Assembly (NCBI GenBank): GCA_964516385.1
Contig: CAZEYM010000005.1
Span: 6,830 to 70,829 of the forward strand
Direction: 5' to 3'
Source: an uncultured Thermotogaceae bacterium
Lineage (GTDB): Bacteria; Bipolaricaulota; Bipolaricaulia; Bipolaricaulales; Bipolaricaulaceae
DNA length: 64,000 nucleotides
Position 1 is the stretch's first letter. Each line of letters opens with the position of its first letter. The notes under the pieces were generated by a model. That model was not told the origin of the DNA and made no database searches. It was given only the letters and a program-made list of their open reading frames with translations. The translations under genes were made by a program, and so were the position numbers. Shown here piece by piece: positions 25,445 to 34,553 of this stretch.

Positions 25445-26542
25445 TCACAACAGGCGAACTACCGCTGATAGCACCATGTCCTGCGTCCACTCCTCGGCGT
25501 CTGCTCGCTTGGCGAAGGCCAGCTGCAGCGACACGTCCACCCCTCCCAGGTCGAAGGCCAACTGGAAGGTGGCAGACTGGCTTCCCCTGCCTCCTGTGAC
25601 GTACGCGTCGTGCCGCATGACGTAGTCCACGTTGAAGGTGGTGATGTCGTTCAGACGGTAGTCATAAGAGGCAGCGAGGCGCGTCGACCACTTGTGCTCC
25701 GTTGGATAGGGGGGCTTGGCGTAGCTGGCCGACAAGCGCATCTGAGAGCCTGGTTCGGGAGCCAACGCTACGTCGCCGGCCACTGTCACTACCACGTCGC
25801 GATCGGCGTGGCGAGGGTCCAGGACGTCGTACCCTACGCCGATCGAGACTGTCCAGCCGCAGTAGCGCTGCCAACGGGAGTCCACAATGATGTCCTCCAG
25901 CGCAAGGAGTGCCTGGGCGTTCAGCCTGACCCCCGCACCTTCCAGGACCATATCCTCGAGGACTGTCAGAAGCTCGGCGGTTGTCTCGTACTCAGGCGCA
26001 CGACCTATCTCCTCGGCCAACTCCAGGACTAGCGCGTTTGGAAGCGAGGCTGCAACCGCGCCCATGTTCAGCAGACGGCGTTCAGCGTACAGGGCTTTGG
26101 CCAGAGGTGTGACGTCGGCGAATCTCCCGTACCCCAGCCCTGTCTCGAAACCAAGCCCTGGTTGGGGGAACTCCGTGGCCAGCACGCCCTCGAATGCTCC
26201 GTACGCGAAGTAGGGGGTGTCTGCGCTGAAATATCGCTGTATCCGACCGCGGACCTGCGAGTCCGCGCTTGCCAGGGACAACTCTGAGAGCACGAAGTCA
26301 CCCACTCCGACCAGTTCGAAGCCAAGCAAAGAGGTGTCATAAAGATGAGAGTAGCTGATGGCAAAGCGGCCGGAGTTGATCCCCGCTCCTGGGCGGGCAG
26401 GATCATGATAATAACGGTAATTGAATGAGGTCTTCATCTCTAAGATGTTCGTCTCGGGTGTTCGGTAATCGCACAAACTCAGTCCGGACACAGAAAAGGT
26501 TGTTGCCGTCAGCCATAGTAACAGCACCGTCCACTGTCGCAC
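25445..26542 (-). CDS. Putative outer-membrane beta-barrel protein with central helical insert
   Basis: GTG start with GGAGG SD 8 nt upstream. Signal peptide MRQWTVLLLWLTATTFSVSG. Amphipathic alternating strands at both ends (FNYRYYHD, RFAISYSHLY, RLAASYDYRL, FNVDYVMRHD, ATFQLAFDL, VSLQLAFA). A helical-looking middle of about 80 aa. Confidence 0.55.
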   Translation of the reverse strand: MRQWTVLLLWLTATTFSVSGLSLCDYRTPETNILEMKTSFNYRYYHDPARPGAGINSGRFAISYSHLYDTSLLGFELVGVGDFVLSELSLASADSQVRGRIQRYFSADTPYFAYGAFEGVLATEFPQPGLGFETGLGYGRFADVTPLAKALYAERRLLNMGAVAASLPNALVLELAEEIGRAPEYETTAELLTVLEDMVLEGAGVRLNAQALLALEDIIVDSRWQRYCGWTVSIGVGYDVLDPRHADRDVVVTVAGDVALAPEPGSQMRLSASYAKPPYPTEHKWSTRLAASYDYRLNDITTFNVDYVMRHDAYVTGGRGSQSATFQLAFDLGGVDVSLQLAFAKRADAEEWTQDMVLSAVVRLL

Positions 26543-26605
26543 TTCTATTACCTCCAGTCCTCTGCGGGTCCGATTCTAGCGGATGTGTTTCCTGATTGCC
26601 TGCCT

Positions 26606-27652
26606 CTAGAAGAGCGGAAGTGGGCGAAAAGTAGCCGGCAAGAGCCCGTCCAGGCCTACTCCCACCAGGCGAACTCCTTTGCTCTCTCTTGGCAGTCGGC
26701 GTTCCCACAGGGAAACTAGTTCCCGGGCCACCACTTGTGGATCGTCGGTCGGCTCCACCAGACGCACTTGTCTTGTCTGGGTGCTGAAGTCCGACCAGCG
26801 AACTTTTAGCCTCACGGCGCGGGCGAGCAGCCCCTCATCGGAAAGACGAGCCGTGATCGCCGACGCCAATCGCTTGAGTTCGTCGACCACCGCCTCCTCA
26901 TCATGTATATCCTCAGGGTAGGTGATTTCCTGAGTGAAACACTGCGCTTCGCGCACGGGCACTACCGGTGCGTCGTCCTGACCCCGGGAGAGCCGCCACA
27001 GCTGCCCGCCGAGCCTTGCCCCAAACCAGGAATGCAAAACCCCGGGATCGACCTGTTGGAGGTCCCCCACGGTGCGGACTCCCCTCTCATTCAGCCTTCG
27101 AGCTGTCTTTGGCCCTACCCCGGCCAGCCGTTCGACAGGGAGTGGCCGCAGGAAGCCTTCCACGTCTTCGGGGGCGAGGATGCGAAGGCCGCCAGGCTTG
27201 GCCGCCTCCGAAGCGAGCTTGGCCAGCAGCTTGTTCTCGGCCAACCCTGCCGAGCAGGAAATTCCTACCTCGCGGGGGAGTGTTCTGTGTACTGTCTCGG
27301 CTAGCTCCCTAGGAGCGGCCTTCGACACGTCGACGTATGCCTCATCCAAGGAAACCGGTTCCACTAGCGAAGAGTGCCTCGCCAAGTAGGCACGAATCGA
27401 GCGAGACACCTCCTCGTAACGGGCGTGCCTGGGTTCCAGAAACACCCCGTGCGGGCACAACCGGCGTGCCTGTGCCATGGGCTGAGCCGAGCGAACTCCG
27501 AAGGCCCTTGCCTCGTACGATGCTGTGGACACCACGCCGCGCGGCCCCAAGCCTCCGACGATCACCGGTCGCCCCACCAACGAAGGGTCATCTAGGCGTT
27601 CCACAGCGGCGAAGAACGCGTCCATGTCAACGTGCAGAATCCAGCGTTGCAT
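26606..27652 (-). CDS. dinB: DNA polymerase IV
   Basis: HVDMDAFFAAVE, SLDEAYVDV and the Y-family layout. 348 aa. Confidence 0.9.
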   Translation of the reverse strand: MQRWILHVDMDAFFAAVERLDDPSLVGRPVIVGGLGPRGVVSTASYEARAFGVRSAQPMAQARRLCPHGVFLEPRHARYEEVSRSIRAYLARHSSLVEPVSLDEAYVDVSKAAPRELAETVHRTLPREVGISCSAGLAENKLLAKLASEAAKPGGLRILAPEDVEGFLRPLPVERLAGVGPKTARRLNERGVRTVGDLQQVDPGVLHSWFGARLGGQLWRLSRGQDDAPVVPVREAQCFTQEITYPEDIHDEEAVVDELKRLASAITARLSDEGLLARAVRLKVRWSDFSTQTRQVRLVEPTDDPQVVARELVSLWERRLPRESKGVRLVGVGLDGLLPATFRPLPLF

Positions 27653-27753
27653 CGTCCATCATCCTAGCCACTGGGCCAGGGTTCGGCCAACGGGATGCTC
27701 GGAGGCGACCCTGCGCCCGCTTTCGCCAGACATCCTCGCAAGAGCAGCGTAGG

Positions 27754-29106
27754 TCAACTGACATGCTCCAGGACAGTGATCCCAGACACGCTGCGGATGC
27801 GGGGTAGCTGGCCGGCAGGAACCGTGATTAGCGCTCTCACCGCCTGTGTGTCGGGCAGCAGCTCCAGCTTGCCCAGTCCGGCCAGCCACGAAAGCAGATC
27901 TTGTCGCTCCCAGGAGACTTGCACCACGACTCGGGCGAATTCCGGCTCCAGCATTTCAGCCATGCGAGATTGGAGGTCCTCGATCCCCTCCCCAGTCTTG
28001 GCCGACACCGCTACGTGTGGTTGAATCTCCAACTGCGCCTGGCGATACAGGTCTTTCTGCTGTGGCGAGCTTACGGCATCCAGCTTGTTCAGCACGTGTA
28101 GTAAAGCTGGCCAAGGTTCTTCGCTGGGCATGACCTGGGCGGCCAGTACTTGGCGAACCGTGGCGAAGTGATCTAGGACGCGGGGGGAAGAGGCATCCAG
28201 AACATGCACAAGGAGGGAGGCCTCTTTTGTCGACTCCATCGTAGCCCGGAACGCAGGGATCAGCTGATGGGGGAGCTTGCGGATGAAGCCGACGGTGTCG
28301 GCTGCCACGGCGCGAACGCCCCTAGGGAGATCCAGGCCGCGTACGCGGGTATCCAGTGTGGCGAATAGCTTGTCCTCCACCAAAGCATCGACACCGGTCA
28401 GGCGACGGAACAACGTCGACTTGCCGGAGTTCGTGTAGCCGATGATGGCCACTTCGGGGACCCCGCTGCCACGGCGCTTCTTCCTGCGAACCTGGCGCAC
28501 TTTGTCCATCTCCTTGAGTCTGCGCCGGATCGACTGGATTCGGCGTTGGGCGTGACGCCTGTCTGTCTCCAGACGTGTTTCGCCAGGTCCTCGCGTTCCG
28601 ATCCCTCCCCCCGGATCGGTGAGCGCAGCTCCCCAACCACGCAGTCGGGGTAGGAGATACTCCAGCTGTGCCAGTTCCACTGACAACTCCGCTTCCCTCG
28701 TTCCGGCCCGCTGAGCGAATATGTCGAGGATGACCTGGCTGCGATCCACCACCTTTAGCCCCGAAGCATGTTCCAGGTTGCGGGCTTGGGCGGGTGAAAG
28801 CTCCGTTCCCACCAACACCACCTGGGCGTCTTGCTCCTCAGCCAGCCGAGCCAGCTCTTCCGCCTTCCCTTTGCCCAGGAACGTGGAGGGGTCTGGGCGT
28901 TCACGGCGCTGGATGAGCCGAGCCACCACCGTTACCCCCGCTGTTCTGGCCAGAGAAGACAGTTCGTCGAGTGCCTCCTCGTCGTCCCATGCCAGCGACG
29001 CAGGTGGGAGCACGTCGGCGAGCACCGCCTTCTCTTCGGCGTAGACTCTGGCCCGTCGGCCAAGGTAATCCTCTATCAACCGTCGCTGTTGTCTTCGCTC
29101 TCCCAT
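27754..29106 (-). CDS. hflX: GTPase HflX
   Basis: HflX N-domain, then G-motifs GYTNSGKSTLF, DTVGF and NKLD. The 5' end overlaps the murA 3' end by 31 nt. Confidence 0.9.
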   Translation of the reverse strand: MGERRQQRRLIEDYLGRRARVYAEEKAVLADVLPPASLAWDDEEALDELSSLARTAGVTVVARLIQRRERPDPSTFLGKGKAEELARLAEEQDAQVVLVGTELSPAQARNLEHASGLKVVDRSQVILDIFAQRAGTREAELSVELAQLEYLLPRLRGWGAALTDPGGGIGTRGPGETRLETDRRHAQRRIQSIRRRLKEMDKVRQVRRKKRRGSGVPEVAIIGYTNSGKSTLFRRLTGVDALVEDKLFATLDTRVRGLDLPRGVRAVAADTVGFIRKLPHQLIPAFRATMESTKEASLLVHVLDASSPRVLDHFATVRQVLAAQVMPSEEPWPALLHVLNKLDAVSSPQQKDLYRQAQLEIQPHVAVSAKTGEGIEDLQSRMAEMLEPEFARVVVQVSWERQDLLSWLAGLGKLELLPDTQAVRALITVPAGQLPRIRSVSGITVLEHVS

Positions 29107-30332
29107 ATCCGGGCACCGAGAGTTGTGAGTTTTCGCACTAAGCCATCGTATCCTCGCCGAAGGAGTTCTTCCCCCCCAAGCTCCGTGCGGCCCTGGGCGG
29201 CCAAGGCCGCGACTAGCAGCGCCGCGCCGGCGCGAATGTCGCTTGCGCGTACCGATGTCCCCACCAACGTGGCCGGTCCTTCCACCACGATGAGACGTCC
29301 GTCGACGCGAAGGTGGGCTCCCAGTCGGCGGAGCTCAGGCACATGGCTGAACCGTGACTCAAAGACAGTCTCCGCCGTCACCGATCTGCCAGAGGCCGTG
29401 GTCATGAGGGCCACCCAAGGAGGTTGCAGGTCCGTGGCGAAGCTTGGATACGGTCCGGTCCTCACGTCCGCAGGGAAGAGCTTTCCAGGGGCGGAAATCT
29501 CAATCCAGTCGTCCCCCGTGGTGATCTCTGCTCCCGCATCGCCGAGGGCCCTGCAAAGCGCAACCTGTTGCGCCGGATCTGTGCGCACGACGCGGACCTT
29601 GCCGCGCGTTATCGCCCCGGCAATCAGGTAAGTTCCCGTCTCTATTCTGTCTGGAATCAGCGCGTGGGTGGCTCCTGCGAGAGATCCTGTTCCCATCACG
29701 CTCACCCGATCGGCGTCCCAGCGAACAGTCGCTCCCATTTTCGATAGCAGCTCCCCCAGGTCTCGCACCTCGGGCTCCCGCGCAGGGTTGAAGATCACCG
29801 TCTCCCCACGGGCAAGCGCCCCCGAAAGCAAGAGCTGCTCGGTCGCCCCGACCGACGGGAAGCTCAGGTGTATTGCAGCTCCCTGTAGAACCCCGGCTTG
29901 GGCGCACACCGTACCTCCTCTGACGCGCACTTCTGCGCCCAGCGCGGCCAAGCCCTTAAGGTGAAGGTCGACAGGACGGGCACCGATAGAGCAACCTCCC
30001 GGGAGGGCGACCTGGGCTTCCCCCAGGCGTGCCAGAAGCGGACCCAAGGCAAGAAATGAAGCTCGCATCCGCTGCACTAGCTCCTGCGGGGGGGTACAGC
30101 GAAGACTCTCGCCCTCAGTGATGGTAAGCACGTCCCCCTTCTGCTCAGCGTTCTTGCCCAAGGATCGTACAAGGGCCACAGCCGTCTCCACATCCGCCAG
30201 CGCAGGAGTGCGACGGATTTGCACGGGATGATCAGTGAGAAGCGAAGCGATGATGGCGGGAAGCGCAGCGTTCTTCGCTCCAGAGGTCTCCACACAACCC
30301 GTTAAGGGGGTTTCTCCCTGTACCAGGATCAC
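29076..30332 (-). CDS. murA: UDP-N-acetylglucosamine 1-carboxyvinyltransferase
   Basis: SGAKNAALP and the active-site loop LPGGCSIGARPVDLH. GTG start overlaps the upstream stop. Confidence 0.9.
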   Translation of the reverse strand: MILVQGETPLTGCVETSGAKNAALPAIIASLLTDHPVQIRRTPALADVETAVALVRSLGKNAEQKGDVLTITEGESLRCTPPQELVQRMRASFLALGPLLARLGEAQVALPGGCSIGARPVDLHLKGLAALGAEVRVRGGTVCAQAGVLQGAAIHLSFPSVGATEQLLLSGALARGETVIFNPAREPEVRDLGELLSKMGATVRWDADRVSVMGTGSLAGATHALIPDRIETGTYLIAGAITRGKVRVVRTDPAQQVALCRALGDAGAEITTGDDWIEISAPGKLFPADVRTGPYPSFATDLQPPWVALMTTASGRSVTAETVFESRFSHVPELRRLGAHLRVDGRLIVVEGPATLVGTSVRASDIRAGAALLVAALAAQGRTELGGEELLRRGYDGLVRKLTTLGARIWESEDNSDG

Positions 30333-31174
30333 GGCAAGTAGAGCACGGGGTCCACTGGAACGCCTGCCTCGCGGATCTCGAAGTGTAGGTGAGGACCGGT
30401 AGACAAGCCTGTGGTTCCCGAGAGAGCCAATACCTGCCCCTGTTCAACGTACTGGCCCACTTGCACGCGCAGTCGGGAGAGATGTCCGTAATAGGTCGAG
30501 TAGCCGTCGCTGTGATCGACGGTGACCAAGATTCCGTAGTCTCCTGACCAGCCAGCCTGGGTCACCCGCCCAGCAGCGGCAGCGTGGACTGGGGTTCCTT
30601 CTGGGACGGCGATATCCAGGCCGATGTGCAGGTGCTGCTGTCTGAGAATTGGATGCGTTCTCCATCCGAACGGTGAGGAAATGCGGCCGCGCAGGGGCCA
30701 GACGAACCTTCCCGCCTGGCTTGCGCCCAGCTGTATGGCGTCAGCTTGTGGAACGGAGGAAGGCTGAGGTACGAACACGTGATCTCCCGGTGTAGGTCCG
30801 GCTGGACCTCCCTTCCACTCCAGCGAACTCACCTCGACACCGTAAGTGGCCGCAAGATCGTTGAGAGTCTGCCCAGGCCGGAGCGTGTGTACCACGCCTC
30901 CCTGGGGTAGCAGCAGGACGTCTCCAGGATAAAGGTCGTCAGGAAGCAGCCTGGGATTGCTGGCAAGGAGATAAGAAAGCGGGATGCTGTGTTGGGCGGC
31001 TATGGAGGAAAGGGTGTCCCCTTCCTTTACCGTGTATGTTCTGTACGGGATCGACGCTTCCTGTGATGGAGGCGTCCATGGGCCACCGCTGTCGCCGGGC
31101 GGGAGAAACGGGGTCAGAAGCAGCGGCAATACGAGTAGCCCCAACAGAATGGCCACAGCCGTGTCCTTACTCAC
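30329..31174 (-). CDS. LysM domain-containing M23 family peptidase
   Basis: Two LysM-like units (YTVKEGDTLSSIAAQH; HTLRPGQTLNDLAATYG). M23 motifs HIGLDIA and GHLS...G.TG.STGPHLHFE. Confidence 0.85.
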   Translation of the reverse strand: MSKDTAVAILLGLLVLPLLLTPFLPPGDSGGPWTPPSQEASIPYRTYTVKEGDTLSSIAAQHSIPLSYLLASNPRLLPDDLYPGDVLLLPQGGVVHTLRPGQTLNDLAATYGVEVSSLEWKGGPAGPTPGDHVFVPQPSSVPQADAIQLGASQAGRFVWPLRGRISSPFGWRTHPILRQQHLHIGLDIAVPEGTPVHAAAAGRVTQAGWSGDYGILVTVDHSDGYSTYYGHLSRLRVQVGQYVEQGQVLALSGTTGLSTGPHLHFEIREAGVPVDPVLYLP

Positions 31175-32414
31175 TGTTCATCAGCTCCAGGAATTGCTTG
31201 TTCGTACTTGTCTGCTCCATCTTCTGCCGGATGAACTCCAACGCCGCCCCCGGTTCCTGCATCTCGGCGATAAGCTTACGCAGGATCCACACTCGGCGAA
31301 GGACATCGGGGGCGAGAAGGAGTTCCTCTTTTCTCGTACCCGACTGGTGCAGGTCGATGGCGGGGAACATCCGACGGTTGGCGAGGTCGCGGTTTAGAAG
31401 GAGCTCCATGTTCCCCGTGCCTTTGAACTCCTCGAATACCACTTGATCCAATCGGGAACCGGTGTCCACGAGTGCCGTGGCCACTATGGTAAGTGACCCG
31501 CCTTCTTCGATGTTTCGGGCAGCCCCGAAGAACTCCTTGGGCTTGTACAGCGCAGTGGGGTCGATCCCTCCCGATAGCAGCTTCCCGGACGGGGCGATGC
31601 TGAGGTTGTATGCCCTACCCAACCGGGTCAGCGAGTCCATGAGAATCACCACGTCTTGCCCGCACTCTACGAGGCGCTTGGCCTCCGAGGTGACCAGCTC
31701 AGCCACCCGCGTGTGGTGAGCGGGTTCCATGTCGAACGTAGCAGCGACAACCTCGGCCTGGTTCACTGAGCGGCGGAAGTCAGTGACCTCCTCTGGCCGT
31801 TCGTCGACCAGCAAGATCAGCAGGCGCACGTCGGGGTAGTTGGTCTCGATTCCCTGCGCGATGCACTTCAGGAGGGTGGTCTTGCCGGCCTTCGGCGGGG
31901 ATACGATGAGCCCTCGCTGGCCTTTTCCGATCGGGGAGAACAGGTCGATCATCCGAGTGGAGAGCTCCTCTGGATCATACTCCAGAATGAACTGCTCATC
32001 TGGGTGGAGTGGTGTCAGTTGCTGGAACTCCATCCTCCGCCGTACGGACTCGGGGTCCTGGTCGTTCACCTTCTCCACTCGCAGCAGAGCGAAGTAGCGC
32101 TCGTCTTTCTTCGGGGGGCGGACAAGTCCGTGCAGTATATCTCCGCTCTTCAACGAGAACCGTTTGATCTGGGAGGGAGATACATACACATCGAACCGAG
32201 ATGGTAGGCATGACTTGTCGCGCAGAAAGCCGTATCCATCCTGCATTATATCAAGAACGCCTTCTGTGGAGAGCTCGTCGCGCTCCGCCAGGGTGCGCAT
32301 TACCTCCAGCTGCAACTCGGCGTGACCCAGTCCCCCAGCTCCGTCCATGTTGTGTTTCTTGGCAAGAGCTTGCAGTTCGTCCACCGTCATGTTTCGGACA
32401 ACGCTCATCTCCAT
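31167..32414 (-). CDS. rho: Transcription termination factor Rho
   Basis: Rho N-domain GVLDIMQDGYGFLR, Walker A SPPKAGKTTLL, and the C-terminal RMFPAIDL..SGTRKEELL block. ATG 32414 chosen because GAGGTGG lies 5 nt upstream. Confidence 0.9.
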   Translation of the reverse strand: MEMSVVRNMTVDELQALAKKHNMDGAGGLGHAELQLEVMRTLAERDELSTEGVLDIMQDGYGFLRDKSCLPSRFDVYVSPSQIKRFSLKSGDILHGLVRPPKKDERYFALLRVEKVNDQDPESVRRRMEFQQLTPLHPDEQFILEYDPEELSTRMIDLFSPIGKGQRGLIVSPPKAGKTTLLKCIAQGIETNYPDVRLLILLVDERPEEVTDFRRSVNQAEVVAATFDMEPAHHTRVAELVTSEAKRLVECGQDVVILMDSLTRLGRAYNLSIAPSGKLLSGGIDPTALYKPKEFFGAARNIEEGGSLTIVATALVDTGSRLDQVVFEEFKGTGNMELLLNRDLANRRMFPAIDLHQSGTRKEELLLAPDVLRRVWILRKLIAEMQEPGAALEFIRQKMEQTSTNKQFLELMNSE

Positions 32415-32424
32415 ACATACCACC

Positions 32425-33399
32425 TCAGATGTTGAAACCTCTGGCTGCTACCGCACACAGTCCTACAAGGTACGTCGCCACCACCAGCGCGGAGGCGAGA
32501 TCCACTCGGCCTACCTGCTTTCGAGACCGCACACCCAGAGAGGCCAGCACCACGGCAGCCAGCGCCACGCCCCAGGCCCCCACCAACACCAACGGCCAGG
32601 CCTCGTCCCCCAGCCTCCCCAACAGGGGCCGTCCGTACACCACGTCGGTGAAGAAAACGGTGGAAACATTGAACGCGTTGGAACCAAATACGTTCCCGGC
32701 GAACAAGTCGTAGGCCTTCAGCCGCACCGCTTCCCAAGAGACTGCTAACTCTGGAAGTGAGGTGGCCATGGCCACCAAAGTCGATCCAACCAGTGACTGG
32801 CTCAGGCCGGTGTTGGCAGCTATCTCCCGAGCTGAATAGGTCAAGGCAACGCCAGCCACTATCACCACCAACCCCGAAGCGGCGGCTACCAAGGGAGCCT
32901 TGCCCATCCCCGGGTGGTCCTCCAGTGGAGCGGCGGGCTCTGCGGTGTACTGCAGCCAAGCGGCGACGAGGAACAACGCTGCGATGAGAATCGACGCCAC
33001 CGAAAGTGTGCCTATGGACGGGCCGCCGCCCAGCGCGATCGCTCCCAACACCACTGCGGCCATGAGCACTCCCATCGAGCAAGAAACCGTGTGCGACGCC
33101 GCCAGACGGGAGAACAGTGCGCCGCCTGCCATCAGCCCGAATAGCCCGAGTATGCCCAGGTTGAAGGCGTTGGAGCCCAGTGCGTTGCCCACTGCTATGG
33201 CTGGCGCGTCGATACCCCCTCCGGTCATGGTGACAACCAGCTCGGGAAGAGAGGTTACCAGCCCCACCAGGATGAACCCCAGCCATCCGCGAGACAGACC
33301 GGTGGCTTCGGCGATGCCTTCGGTGGCCCGCACCAAGCGACGACCGGACCACAAGATAGCTAGCGCCGAGAGCAGAAGCGTCGTCCAAGCCCACGTCAT
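32425..33399 (-). CDS. Sodium/calcium exchanger family (CaCA, YrbG-like) membrane protein
   Basis: Two alpha-repeat motifs, GNALGSNAFN and GNVFGSNAFN, with SLPEL after each half start. Confidence 0.85.
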   Translation of the reverse strand: MTWAWTTLLLSALAILWSGRRLVRATEGIAEATGLSRGWLGFILVGLVTSLPELVVTMTGGGIDAPAIAVGNALGSNAFNLGILGLFGLMAGGALFSRLAASHTVSCSMGVLMAAVVLGAIALGGGPSIGTLSVASILIAALFLVAAWLQYTAEPAAPLEDHPGMGKAPLVAAASGLVVIVAGVALTYSAREIAANTGLSQSLVGSTLVAMATSLPELAVSWEAVRLKAYDLFAGNVFGSNAFNVSTVFFTDVVYGRPLLGRLGDEAWPLVLVGAWGVALAAVVLASLGVRSRKQVGRVDLASALVVATYLVGLCAVAARGFNI

Positions 33400-33836
33400 G
33401 GCAGTTGGCCTTCCTCATCGATGAGCCCCAGCCTCCTTGCGTGCTTTCCACCAGCGAATTCCGTATGCAGGAAAGTCTGCACGATGTCTTCCCCCAATCC
33501 TGAGCCGATCACCCGGCCGCCCAGACACAGTACGTTGGCGTTGTTGTGAGCCCGGGCCATGCGTGCCATATAGGCGTTGGTACACAACGCTGCGCGGATT
33601 CCACGTACTCGGGAAGCTGCCATGGCCATGCCGATACCCGTGCCACAGGCGAGCACCCCCAGATCTGCCTCGCCAGTGGCCACGGCCTTGGCTACAGCAA
33701 AGGCATGACGAGGATAATCGGTCGGGGAGCTGTCGCTGGTTCCCATGTCCAGTAGGCAGTACCCGCTCAGTACATCTTGCTTCAGGGCCTGCATCAACGC
33801 ATAACCAGCATGATCGCAGCCAATTGCAATAACCAT
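33396..33836 (-). CDS. rpiB: Ribose-5-phosphate isomerase B
   Basis: IAIGCDHAGY, CGTGIGM and the RpiB/LacAB layout. ATGA overlap with the downstream gene. Confidence 0.9.
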   Translation of the reverse strand: MVIAIGCDHAGYALMQALKQDVLSGYCLLDMGTSDSSPTDYPRHAFAVAKAVATGEADLGVLACGTGIGMAMAASRVRGIRAALCTNAYMARMARAHNNANVLCLGGRVIGSGLGEDIVQTFLHTEFAGGKHARRLGLIDEEGQLP

Positions 33837-33860
33837 CGCAGGACCTCCAGCCCTCTGGCT

Positions 33861-34496
33861 CTACAGCTTCCGGACCAGGGAGCGCAGTATGTCCCAGTAC
33901 ATGGAAAGGCGATCCACCAAGCCAAGGTACAGCCCTCGTTTTTCCTCTTTGCGTATGTGGCTGACCCCATCCAAGATCACCTTCGTCTGGCGCCAACCCT
34001 CCTTCAAGGCCAGCTTGGTAAGCGCAATCTCTATCCCGAAGTCCATGTCGCCAACCATGCCCCGGGCCCGGTCCCATACCCGGCGAGACAGGACCCGCTG
34101 TCCGGAGAGGAAAGGGACAACGCGCTGGGAGAAGTCTGTCCCTCTGCGGCCATCGCGGAAGACGCCGATGACGATCTCCCCTTCCCCTGCGCCGTAGGCG
34201 CTCACCAGCAGTTCGACGTGCTCTCTCTCCAAGCCTGTGAGATCTGCGTCCAGAAACAACAAAACATCCTCCGAAGCCTTGTGCACGCCTGCGTCCAATG
34301 CGGCTGCCTTTCCACTGTTTTGTGCCAGCCTCAGCACCATGGCCCCGTGCTTTTCGGCCTCAAGGGCCGTCTCATCGGCGGAACCATCGTCGACGACGAT
34401 GATCTCCGCGACGGAAGGGGCGGCACGCAAAGCGCGGATCACTGCGCCGATGCGGCCAGCTTCGTTGAACGCTGGTACCACGGCCGAGACTTTCAT
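33861..34496 (-). CDS. Glycosyltransferase family 2
   Basis: SAVVPAFNE...IIVVDDGSADET...FLDADL is the GT-A DxD architecture. 211 aa. Confidence 0.85.
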   Translation of the reverse strand: MKVSAVVPAFNEAGRIGAVIRALRAAPSVAEIIVVDDGSADETALEAEKHGAMVLRLAQNSGKAAALDAGVHKASEDVLLFLDADLTGLEREHVELLVSAYGAGEGEIVIGVFRDGRRGTDFSQRVVPFLSGQRVLSRRVWDRARGMVGDMDFGIEIALTKLALKEGWRQTKVILDGVSHIRKEEKRGLYLGLVDRLSMYWDILRSLVRKL

Positions 34497-34553
34497 GGGT
34501 TAGGATCGCCGAACAGGGCGCGAAGCCCAGTATACCGACCCTAGCTGTCCCGG

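Noticed and set aside
32405-33451. 348-aa ORF overlapping the CaCA exchanger gene in another minus-strand frame, plus similar out-of-frame ORFs at 33415..34077, 38037..38702, 11667..12563 and 59389..60207
   Set aside because: All are Arg/Gly/Pro-rich alternative-frame readings of regions already explained by genes with clear family motifs.
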